A stretch of DNA of 64,000 nucleotides, taken from contig ML996695.1 of assembly GCA_010356995.1 (NCBI GenBank), positions 443,061 through 507,060 of the forward strand. The letters run 5' to 3'. This stretch comes from Trichodelitschia bisporula (Eukaryota). The notes under the pieces are model-generated. The model was not told where the DNA came from. It saw only the letters and a list, made by a program, of their open reading frames with translations, and searched no databases. The position numbers were made by a program, and so were the translations under genes. Each line of letters begins with the position of its first letter. The stretch's first letter is position 1. Positions 34,346 through 45,400 of the stretch are shown in pieces.

Positions 34346-35595
34346 GGTGATGTGCTGGTGGGGGTGGTGTTGTGCTTAGCTGGGAGATCGGTTGCGTGGA
34401 GGTTGAACTGTAGGATGGAGCTGAGATGGCCCAAGCGGCGTCCGTGGAGGTGGCTTGGGCCGAGGCGTTTTGCGATGTTGGATTACTATGTAGATGGTGG
34501 GAGCAACTGGATGGAGCTGTACATATGTTTAGCTATACGCAATCAGAAGGATTTACCGCACTTTAAGACTTGCCGCGGTTGTCAAAGGCTACGTTGCAAA
34601 GATGAGAAACTGCGCATCGGTGATATCAGGCTTCCAACCATATGTGGTGCCTGCAGTGGTGCGTGTTGGGTTCGCAACTGATTGGCTGGTGATCAAGCAC
34701 TTCAGCTTCATCCCTGGTATGGAGATGCAACAATTAAGATCCATCGCCCTCACTCGTTCAAGATCCGCCAATTCATGTTGGATATGCTCAGTCGTTGCGA
34801 CAAACAATTCGTCCGGCTGTGAACTTCTCGCACGTGGAGTTAGCAGCATCCGCATCCGGCAATGATCTGCACGCCCTCGAGTCGACATCACCACGCGAGT
34901 CATGCAAAGCAGAGTATCAGCAACAATGACTGATGACCATAGGACGACATAGAGTACAAGAGAAAAACCGCGCGAAGGCGAGTCGCGGTCGCTCGGACCG
35001 GAGAGGATATCAAGACGCCCCCATGATGCAACCGTAGGAAATGCAGGCGAGAACGAGCGGAGTGCGTGCTGTGCAGCAACGAGGACAAAACTGTCCCCCG
35101 TGAGATACTAGATACAAAATGCTTTTGCAAGAATGCGCAAGCGGACGAAGGACAGGATACAGGATAAACTGGCGCCGTGTTGAACTGTAAACACTATGTC
35201 AGTCGACTATAAGAATCCTCAGCAAATCGCCTCCGTCCCAATATTCCATTCGTAAGAAGCTCCGTCAAAGAATATGACGAAAAGCACGGGGAGAATCAAA
35301 AGCCCATCTCCTTCCCCCGATCGTGATTCGTGATACAAAGACCCCTCAATTTCTCCTCCCTAGGCGATCAAAGAAAGCAATTACAACCGTGTTAACCTTG
35401 CCGTGAGTACAGCAACAACCCGTGTTTTAGTCCTGGGTATTCCCTACCGCCATGCGAGAGAGGGAAATATGGTAAACACCGTAACATCCATATCGAAAGC
35501 AGATAAACAGCCAGAGGCTGGCGCGAAGATTAAAAGCTATAAAGCAAGAGCATGAGGCATAAGAAGGGCCGTCACCGCAGCTGTCGACTCAACGT

Positions 35596-38500
35596 CTACC
35601 GTTGCCAGAAGTATTTGCCTTTGCGCGACGCCTTCTTTGGCAAGGGTGCTGGATCGGCGGAAATGGATACCTCTGGAGGACCGGAGGTGCGCAGGAAGTC
35701 CGCCATGTCGTTGGTACTGTAGAAGTAGTTGCTTCCCTGGTACGTCTTGGTAGCACCGGCCACGCGAGGCTCCCACCGCTTCTTAGGCACGAGATTCGGC
35801 ACCGATGGCATCTTCGACGGACCATGGCCGTTGGTGCGCTGAGCCTGGATCACAGGAGCAGTGCGATTCGAGTTCATCGAGTCGCCGCGGTTACGAACAG
35901 AACCATTCGTGCCGTTGGTGTTGTGTGCATACCCACCGTTAACCTGGCGCGGGAGCCCGACCGAAGCACCAATGGGCCCAGGCCCATTCGAACGAGGAGG
36001 TTCCGTGAACCGCAGGAAGTCGTGCAGCGTTTCTTCCTGGCGACGCTGCTGGCCGCCAGGTAGCGCAGTGAGATGGTCCTCCTCGTCGTCAGAGTCGATC
36101 GCGTAGGGGTCCTTGTTGCGACGCGTCTTGCGCGTAACCTGCGGCTGCGGCGGGTGCAGCGACTGGCCGCGAGACCCGTTGACGAGCCCCGTAGAAGAGT
36201 TCGTCGACGTGTTTGCTGAATATTTTGAGGCAACCGAAGTCTCAGGCGATGCGCCCGGTGTAAACTGGCCACTCATCAGCTGACCCAATTCGTCGGAGTC
36301 CATCGTGGTCCGGAAAGGAGCTACCGTGCGCGGAATCCTATGCTCGCCGCCCTCAGAAACGGGTGGCCCACGGCGAATGAAGTCAATCAAGTCGCTGCTG
36401 CCACCACCCTTTACGTCTGGCTCGCGCGCTACGAGACGCTTCCTGGCGACAGGGCGATTGGGGAGCGTCATAGCGCTCTCGCTAGATATTTTGGGAGTTG
36501 CGTACTGAACAGCCGCTGAGGTCGCGCCAACGATAGGCACGACCTCTTGCTCAGCAGATGGGCGCGTCGTGCGCATGAAGTCCGCAAAGTCACGCAAGTC
36601 ATCCGTCATGACGCGTGGCTCGCGCGGCATGAAGCCGTTCTTGCGCGGGACCATGTTGATGGGCTCTGGACGCACGCTCAGCGGACGTCCACTCGCAGAA
36701 GTGTAGTTAGACAGACGTGAACCTGGCTTCGAAGACGCGGGCGACCCAGGGCGGAAGGACGGGGCCGCAACCGGACTGGGGGGCTGGACCGCCGGCGCAG
36801 TCTCCCGGGGTGGAGATCGACGGACAGTCGAAGGTGATGAAGGGGTGCGGACATGCTCATTATTCGAGCTGCCGCTGCGCTTGGGCGTAAAGACCTGGTA
36901 CATTAGTCACGTAAGGATGAACGCTGTCACATGACTTACTGTGGCATCACGAAGTTCCTCTGGCGTCAGTGTATACTTGACCGTCTGATCACCATGAATG
37001 AGCGAGTCAAAATCACGTTGGCGAGCATCTTCAGAGACGCGGTTGTCGAGGCTGCGTGGAGCTATGCCTATGCTTGACTGTGAGCCCTTGTTACTGTGCA
37101 GCGTAGGAGTAGTCGACGAACGCCCGCCAGCCGAGTAGCTCGAGCCTGGACGGTGAACGGGTTTCTCTCCAAAGTCGGTCTTCAGCGGGGGCACCGTGGA
37201 GGTGCGCAACTGCTCTTCGGAATCCTTGACTTCTCTGACGGGCTTCTGGCCAGGGTAGAATGGAACTGCATGCGGTACCTCGCCAGCAGGAATATCCTCG
37301 TTGGAGGCTTCCTTCGGCATGTACACCGGGCTATCCCGCGCACGCTTCGGGAGGCTGTCCTTACGCTGCTGAAGTGGTAACACCTGCTGGCTGGTGGGCA
37401 GGTAGAAGGAGCGCTGTTCACCATTGCCGGCCAGGGAGTTGGAATGCGAGTGGATAGGAACGTTAGAGGTTCTGGCAAGGCCAATGGCCTGCGAGTCCGA
37501 ATCTTCGGCCATGTCGTCGTGGTTGGGGTGATGTTCGTGAGGTGGGGTGGAATATGTGGTTCGACGTTGTTCCTGCGCGACTTCCTTGGATGCTGGTGAC
37601 TGCACACCCTTTGGCGGTACCACCGCCGAAGCCGCTGCCTTGTCCGTCCGACTGTTGGATATCAATGTTACTGTTGTACCAACCGCTGCACCCGCAACCA
37701 CACCGGCTGCCGCAAGTCCGTATCCGTTGGTCTGCGGTGCTTCGACTGGCTTTGTTTCTGCATGAGTCTCGGGAGTTGCTGCGCGAGCTGCAGTAACCAC
37801 GGGGCTGAGCACCTCCACGGCCTGCGCAACGGACTTTTTGCTAACGTCCTCTGCAGAATGCGTTTGCACTGCATCAACTGAATCATGTCGAATCGGGTGC
37901 TCAAAAATCGGGTTGTCCGAGACCTGTGTGAGCGAATCGTCGGGAATCGGATCCTCCACAATGTGCTCGATATCGATAGCCTGCCCCTTCCCAGTCGCGT
38001 TTTGGAGATGCACTTTCACAACCTCTTCCTCAACGGCTTCTTCGTCGGCCGCGATCTCTTCCATAGCTGCATCCTCAGCAATTACACCCTCCGCGTCCGG
38101 ATTGGCAGTAGTTTCGTCCAGCGCCATTTGGGGGACTTCCTCGTCTTCGGCCTTCTGAACACCACCCACGATACCAACATCTGGTGACACGGGCAGTGGC
38201 GCCGCCAGCGCAGCAATGAGCGAATCTTCGTCAGATAACGGCTCGTAAACCACGAACACAGAGCGGGTCGGAGGAGGCAGCGAGTTTGAGCGCTGCCGTG
38301 CGACATGCTTCACACTGTCGGCCACAGTCGGGAAAATGGCTGAGCGAGGACGTCGCTGCGGTGCCATGGTGGGCGTCTCTGCTCTGTCTTCGTAGTCATC
38401 GTCATCTACAATTTCCTTGGCGAGGCCTGGGACTTCGATCTCCTCAACATCGTTCTTGCTCACTGGAATAGGGATGTTGGCCGCGATGTCAGTCTCGGAA

Positions 38501-39567
38501 ACATTGCCCTCTGGCACGTCCTCCGCCGTGATCTGCCGACTCTCTTCCTCCTCTTCTATCACAGCGCTGTTATTCCGTCCGTGACTCGACCGTCGCAGCG
38601 GATCGTCAAATGCAGTGGGCGTCTGACGACTGAACGAGTTCCGCGGCGACGGACTGGTAACGGACGTAGCAACGGACGAAGGTACGGTCGACACCGCCAA
38701 CATGGAACGAGAGTGTTTGCGCCAAGTACGCCAGAGACGGCCGAGAGTCGAATTTAGCGTAATCTTCTCCACGTCCATTTCCCGCACCACCACGCGCTCC
38801 GGATCTGCGTCCTCCAGCATCCGGTCTTCACTGATGGCTCGCGTCTTAAGCTTCCGCTTGGCGCGTGAATATGCCGCTTCACCCGAGATGTTGAGCGCCT
38901 GCTCCGCCACATACTCCAGCACGCTGGCGAGGTACACGGCCGCCGGTGAGGAAAGAAGGTCCATATCGTGCTCCATATACTCATCATTGAGCCGCATCTC
39001 CGAGTCCTCCAGCCACCGGTCTTCGTCCTCGTCGTCAAAGTCGCCGAGCCGGATGAAAACCATGACGCGCAGACGCATCCGCTTGAATGCGAGCTCAAGA
39101 TGCCAGTCATTCGTCCACGGCGTGTGGCCCTTCCCGTCCGACCGATCTGGTTCTTCCTCGCCGCCTAGCAAGCCTTCCAACTCCTCATCAGCGCTAGCTA
39201 ACGCATCCCGCGCCAGCTTCGCCTTGAGCACCTCCATTATGGCGGGCCGGAGCAGAACCAGTGATGTGCCATGGGCCTTGGCGAGGAAGTTGTAAAGAAG
39301 GGAGTCAAGGAAGTGATTGAGGAGGTTGAGGGCTGGCTCGGTGAAGAGGGCCGCATCGCGTGCGGGGCTCGTGGCTGGCGAGAGCAGGTAATCGGCATTC
39401 GCGTGCTGGTGGTGGTGCGTAACGTGCTCGCTGGCGGCTACCGTCGAAATGTACGCCGGTTCTGGGCGCGGCGTGTACCGCGGGAGAAAGGAGAGCGAAG
39501 ACGCGGCAGTGCCAGCGCTGCTGACGCTGGCAGCACGGCTGGGCCGTGAGGATATGAGGTCGGCCAT
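35596..39567 (-). CDS. Large fungal protein with N-terminal tandem histone-fold-like domain and disordered C-terminus, 2 exons
   Basis: The 886-aa and 435-aa ORFs join in frame through a GTAAGT..ACTAAT..CAG intron (36895-36939). Contains an H2A-like segment AAVYLASVLEYVAEQALNISGEAA and four DF[LIM]R motifs. Confidence 0.85.
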
Positions 39568-42500
39568 GACGCCGCTAGGGGTCTGGGTGCGTGGCTCGCC
39601 CTACCTTTTGTTCCGGCAAGGCTGCGGTGAGTACGTGCGGTGGTAGGTTTGCCGCGGACCGCGGTGCTGAAAGTGGATATCGGCCCAGGGGCTGGACTGG
39701 AGGGGGATTCGAGGCTCGAGGGTCGGTGAATTGAGTTTGGTAGAGATGCGATGGTGGGTTGGGGAGGTTGAGGAACTGCTACCGTAGCTGGGGAGCGGAT
39801 CGGACGAGTTGCGGCCGGGGACTCCGCAAAGTGGACAATGGCGCCGTTGGTCGACCAAAGCAGGGTTTCTTTCACCACGCTTCCTTTCGTCGTTCACGGT
39901 CAGAAGAGAACCTCGTGAGCTGCAATTGTCTGGGTCAAAGGAGGCGCTGGGTCATGATGATGTTGCGAGATGGCGGGAGCTTAGCAGACGATCGCCATCG
40001 GGGATGGGACGGACGGAGCGCGGAGACGGTCGCTGCGGGTTCAATGGGGGAGACGTCTTTTTTTTGCCAGGGACAAGCGTGACAGGACTAGGGACAAGAC
40101 AAGCTCCCTCCTTCTCATGCAGGTGAGCTAGCCAAAGGGGGAGTGGGAGGAAGAAAGCGGAGGGCGGGATAATGGGGGGGATGGGGGATGGGGAAGTCCG
40201 TGTAGTTTCTAGTGGCCGGGGGGCTGGCTTGCCGGCTGCAGGTCACCAGTGGATCCGGAGTTGCAAACGACGCCATAGAAATGGAGTCGGGAGGGCTAAA
40301 GTAGGCAAAGCGTCGACCAGAACACCAGCCAGACACGAGGCCCGTATCACGAACGACGGGCGTTCGGTAAATCGGTGCGATGAAGCCTCGACGGAGAAGT
40401 TTACCACGGAGTCGAGCCTCGAGTCCTTCAGCATGGCACCACGAGCCACGAAGGATTTTCCGTGGTCATTATTTCCTTCCATTGTTCCATTTGCGGCATC
40501 CCCAACCCATGTGTCCAGCTCTCCCATTCCCTTGGAAAACTGCATCTGTTTGCGCTCTCTCTCTATCTTTCTCCAATCCTCCGTCGACGTGTCTGAGACA
40601 ACCGAACCTGCAAGGCCCAGGGGGCAGAACCTCCGCCGCCCGCGCACCACTAGCATTCTCCCCCCACCCTCCACACTCTACCACGGCCCCTAACCACCCC
40701 CTCACAAACCGCACCACCATCACCAACCTCCGCAAATCCACCACGCGAGAAGATTCAAAGCCAAGCCCTTCCCAGCCAGCCTAGGCTTCACTCTCCTCAC
40801 CCCGCGCCGCGGCGCCGGCCCTTTCGCAGCCCGTTGCGGGCAGCGTGGGCATTTCTTTGCTTTGTTCAACGTGAACGGGCGCAGCTTGGTGCGCGATATG
40901 GAGACCCGCACGCTATTGCGCGTAGTCTTGGCGGGCGCCCCCGCCGCGCCTGTGCGTCGCGCCGTGAAACACTTCCACGCTCCGGGAATGTGGTGATGAT
41001 AACGTTGGACTTTCTTTCTTACGATGAAAGCAGCGGAGCCCCGTGCGCGCGGCGGCATGCAGAGCACGAGATGCTGCAGGACGGGTGTGTCAGATTGCCA
41101 CACTGCACCGGTCGTGCAGGAGACGAAGAAGCGCGCGCGCGCGCCGGCGCTGATGGGGGCGAGTCAGGGCGTTTTTTTGGCGCGCTTTTTTCGGTAGTCT
41201 GGATACGGGATTGGGGCCGTTTTGGGCTTTTCTTTGACGGGTGCCGCTTTGTGGGTTGGCTGGAATGGGGGCGTGTGTGGCTGGGATTTTCGCGTGGTTG
41301 ATGAGCGGGCTATGGATTTCGCTACGCGGCTACTTGCTGGAATGGGTTGTACGGGCGTGATGCGTGTGCGCCGGTCGCGTGGGTGCTGGGGTTACGGATC
41401 TGATGAGATGCGGGTGGGTTTGGGATAGGGAGTTTGGGGACGGATGACGCTGGGATGATCATGTTCGCGATACGTGGTACTCCTTTGTTGACATCGGCTA
41501 GATATTCCACGATTCATCCAACGGCAACTAGAAACACGCCATACGCTCGCCTATGATGGACTCGTTTTAGCAATTGAGCCATCAGGCACTCCATGTAAAG
41601 CATCACATTGCGCAGGACGGAACCGGCGCCTCGAAATTATCCATCTCTACATCCGTAGGTAATTACCCCCGAAGCGAGGCTCGTCACGAGCTTCTCTTTC
41701 CGTCCGGGCCTAACCCACGGCTACCCGGTACGGATCTTCGGCATTGAGCTACACCAGTCGGCAGGTATATGTTTGCGGAGTTCACTCCATGAATGAGAAG
41801 GCATCATTTTCAACGTCCGGGGAAGCCTGCCCGTCAAGGAGTGTCGTGCAGTTTAACTTTTCACACTTATATGCCCACGTGATAATGGTCACAGCATCAT
41901 CCCAGGTCCCACGACCTGTCAAAATATCCAGCATAGTATCTCCCAAATAGGTGACTCGCTTCGACGACCTCTACGCGCGTACCAGGACGGAATTTCACCT
42001 CCCCGCCCATCGCCCAGCCTCGCCGCAGATTTCCCAACCAAGATACGTCTTCATCTAATTAACAATTGCCCAATAGAAACCGCGCATCTCAACATATCCA
42101 CTCCAGGATCTACGCCAGGAACACATCGTCTCATCTACTTTTCCCCATCGCCTCGCCGTACCGTGACGTTCCGATATCCAATATATCGCCCGCGGCACTC
42201 GCGCCAATCAGACACCGCCGCAACATTGCGAAGTGCAAGACCGTAAGCCCCGATCCGTGCCCGCCAATAGAAACAGAACACACGAAAGAAGCTGCAGATC
42301 TCCAGCTCCCCGCGTTGCCCACCGATCCCCCCGATCAGCGGCCCGAAATACGGAGTCCCGCGCGGCGTTCGGATGAGAGGTGCGGTTGACCGGGCGCTAA
42401 GACATGGTCTCATCCACCGCCAATCATATCAGCGACGAACACGGTGAGAAGAAAACGATCGGTATCGGATGTGTGTTTTTGTTCTAGACTCCTTCGTGAG

Positions 42501-42636
42501 GCTGGGGCGGAGCTGACACCGCGCTTCTGTACGAGACTTGCAAGATGCGGATACATATTCCTCGTTGAGCGTTACCGAGTTCTACGATTATGTCCCGACA
42601 CACGGCTGCAAGACCCCCCATGCCGGCATCGCCCAC

Positions 42637-43298
42637 CTACTTCTTCGCGTTAGGCTGCAACTCCTTCGGCACAGGAAGAGTTGCATAATTCGCCATAGCA
42701 ACCAGATTCTTTGCCGGCGTCATCTTCTCATCCCCGCTGGTCAACTCGCCCAACAACTTGAAGTAGTTGATATAAAACGCCGGCGTATACGTATTGAAGA
42801 ACTTCGCCTCTTCATCATGCGGGTTGGAAAACGTATGCGGTGCGCGCACCGGCACTGATACGAAATCGCCGACCGCGGCATCGATGTCCGGCTGGTTGGG
42901 GATGTGGAAGCGCACGGTGCCTTGCGTAGTTAGGAAGGTTTCGTCGTGCATTTCGTGCCAGTGCGAGGGCGGGCCTGAGGTGCGTGGTGGGAGGGTAAAT
43001 TCGGCGCAGCCGATGCGGTTGTCTGGCTTGCGTGTTAGTGGGTGTTCGGAGGCGGGGTGAATATATGGTGGGACGAACCGGTGCGCGACCCGTCTTCCAG
43101 CACCCGGCACTTGATGTTGCCTAGCATGATGACATCGCCCGCTTTTGCGGGAACGAAGCTCACGGGGACACTGGGCATGGGGCGCAGTTTAAGGAGGGTG
43201 GCCTCATCTATGTCGGGCATGACGGAGGAGGACATTCTTGCGATGTATGGTGCGGGGTTGAAGCGGAGTGCGGTGAGGGAGCGGAGAGCACGAAGCAT
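42637..43298 (-). CDS. Cupin-2 (RmlC-like) domain protein, 2 exons
   Basis: Intron 43023-43078 joins ...VLEDGSRT/DNRIGCAEFTLPP. Cupin motifs PPSHWHEMHDETF and GDFVSVPVRAPHTFSN. The start may be 43298 (presequence-like) or the downstream MSSSV. Confidence 0.87.
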
Positions 43299-43373
43299 AC
43301 GAAGGTAAGAACCAGACGATGATTGGAAATTCGCACTGTGCGAGTGAGGCTGTGGATTTGCGGATGGGTTGGC

Positions 43374-43379
43374 TTTATA
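43374..43379 (-). promoter_or_regulatory. TATA box of cupin gene
   Basis: TATAAA on the minus strand ~75 nt upstream of the first ATG. Confidence 0.45.
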
Positions 43380-44436
43380 TGCGCTGTTTGTTTGTGCGAG
43401 CTGAAGCTGACCGGACGGCGGCGCGGGGTAGCTGGCCTGAGATGCAACTGGCTGGAGTGAGGCGGGGCAGCCGATGCGGTAAGGCTGAGGTGGGGGTGTA
43501 GCTTGGCGGATGGCGCTGGCTGGCAGCAACTGCATTCAAAGGATTGTGAGAAGAGCTGATAGGTAGCTCGTGGTGTTCTCAATGTTGAGCAGCGCCAATA
43601 AGGTCCTTGCTGCTTGAGCAGGATTTCTGCGAGTGTTGGTAAGGCTCGGACTCAAGATCACGGCACTCGGGGCTCGCAATGGGGCAAACTGGCAAGCAGT
43701 TAGAACTAAAGGATATTAAGGATGCGAGCTCATGGAGTACTCGACTTGTCCGTATGCACCTTGATACGATGAATTCAGTGCTGGATCTTTGAAGGGTACT
43801 TGTTAGCTTGTCGAAATGCTCGGCCCTCATCGTCCTGGTTGCTGTCTAGGCCCCACATTATGTTGAGGCATGATTGGAGGCGACTGCTTGCTACCACTGT
43901 CGGCCACCTGAGGCTCATTGTTGTATGGCTTGTGATTATGTAACTCAGGGTGTCGACCTCATATGCTCAGCCGTATTTCATTCACCGTTGTCCATGAAGG
44001 ATCCTGATCTTGCTCCAATATATGAATGATGACTGGCTTCGGCAAGATAACTCAGAGCAAGTGGGCTCGGCGTGGACAACATAGCTGACTGGCAATATGG
44101 CAGTGATGAGAGAGAGTCAGCCATAGAGGCTGAACCTTCGCTGGTGCTAACTTCTCACAATCATAGTGAGCAGTCGCTAAAAATATTCACTTCTACAATA
44201 CAGCCAGGTCGTTGGAGGTTATCACTGCTGGACTTCGGATATCTCTCCTTCAGCACGGTCAATATGTGGAATGGTGAGCCCCGCAATGGAATTAGGACAA
44301 GCTGTCAAGAACTCTAGTTACACAGATAGAGACGTCCTTCTCCCTGAACTAACTCCGAAACCATTGATTCCAATTCCCATTTGCGGACCGAAAACAACCG
44401 TAAAACCACGATGCTTTGTGCACCAGTGCCCAACTC

Positions 44437-45073
44437 CTACGCAGAACCCTCAAGGCCTATCAAAGCAGTTTTTGAGTTTTTGTAGCAGTTCTGGCTTACA
44501 TACGCCTCTTGCCATTGCCGTTGATAACGAACGATGTTGTCCCCCTCGGCTTTTACCAACTTGTCTAGTACCTCTGATATCCTCTGCTCCTCGGTGTGAA
44601 TGGCACGATGGAGCACTCCCATCAGCTTGTGCCGGATCGTGGCCTGGGCGCTCTTGAGATCGACGTCCTCAGTCTTTTCCACATCAGTTAGATTGTCCCC
44701 GCATTTTTCTTCGGAGTTGGCTTTTACCTGCGTCACACGGTCGCTTTGATAATCTCCCACCCAGTCATCAGTCTGTTCAGATGAACTCCACGAGGGAGGC
44801 GGCAGTACGGCGGTCAGATCCGTCGGCGTGGTCTCGGGCTCGATGTTGTCTAAGATGTCCTGCGCCAAGGGTGCATCCAGCATCCGAAAGCACCATATGA
44901 TATAGGTCGCGTAGGCATTGAAATTATCAAACTTTGACGGTGTAGGCGGCCTTGCCAGATTGCGATGGCGCCCTGGTTTGATGTTGGTACGAGAAAGAAA
45001 GAGCCGGGTTTAGCAAGTACTCACCCTCAGAGCAATTGCCTTGGCCGCTGCACAGTTGGTTGAACGAAGACAT
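44437..45073 (-). CDS. Orphan hypothetical protein (~195 aa), 2 exons
   Basis: The ATG at 45073 follows an A/C-rich leader. A GTGAGT..CAG intron (44973-45024) splices in frame into the 148-aa ORF. The branch site is weak and I recognise no domain. Confidence 0.5.
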
Positions 45074-45235
45074 CTTGTCTTGTAAATAAGGTATTTGGTG
45101 GTAGTGTTGGTGGTGTTGAGGATGTTAATGTAGAGTTTGTAGTCAATGTGGGGGATGGAGCGAGGTTGTGTGATGAAGCGAGACGAGAGAAGAGGGTGCA
45201 TCTGTGGTATTTATCTGGTCCTTTATTAGTGTCGC

Positions 45236-45400
45236 CCGTCCTCCAAGACCGCGGTTCCATAAACTGCTCGGGTCCTTCGCAACACGCAACACGTCAGCCG
45301 TCCTCAAAAATCACGGTCCCATAAACTGCTCGGGTCCTGCACAGTACGTCACCCATCCTCTAAACCAGCAGTCCCTTAAACTACTTCGGTCTTTCGTAAT
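45236..45400. repeat. Three imperfect direct repeats (~55-62 bp period)
   Basis: Units CC[GA]TCCTC...GGT[TC]CCATAAACTGCTCGGGTCCT start at 45236 and 45298, with a more diverged copy at 45353. Confidence 0.8.

Noticed and set aside
40172..41430. ORFs and a (GC)n run at ~41130-41145 upstream of the histone-fold protein gene
   Set aside because: Looks like promoter or 5' leader sequence; the alternating GC run is too short to claim a Z-DNA function.
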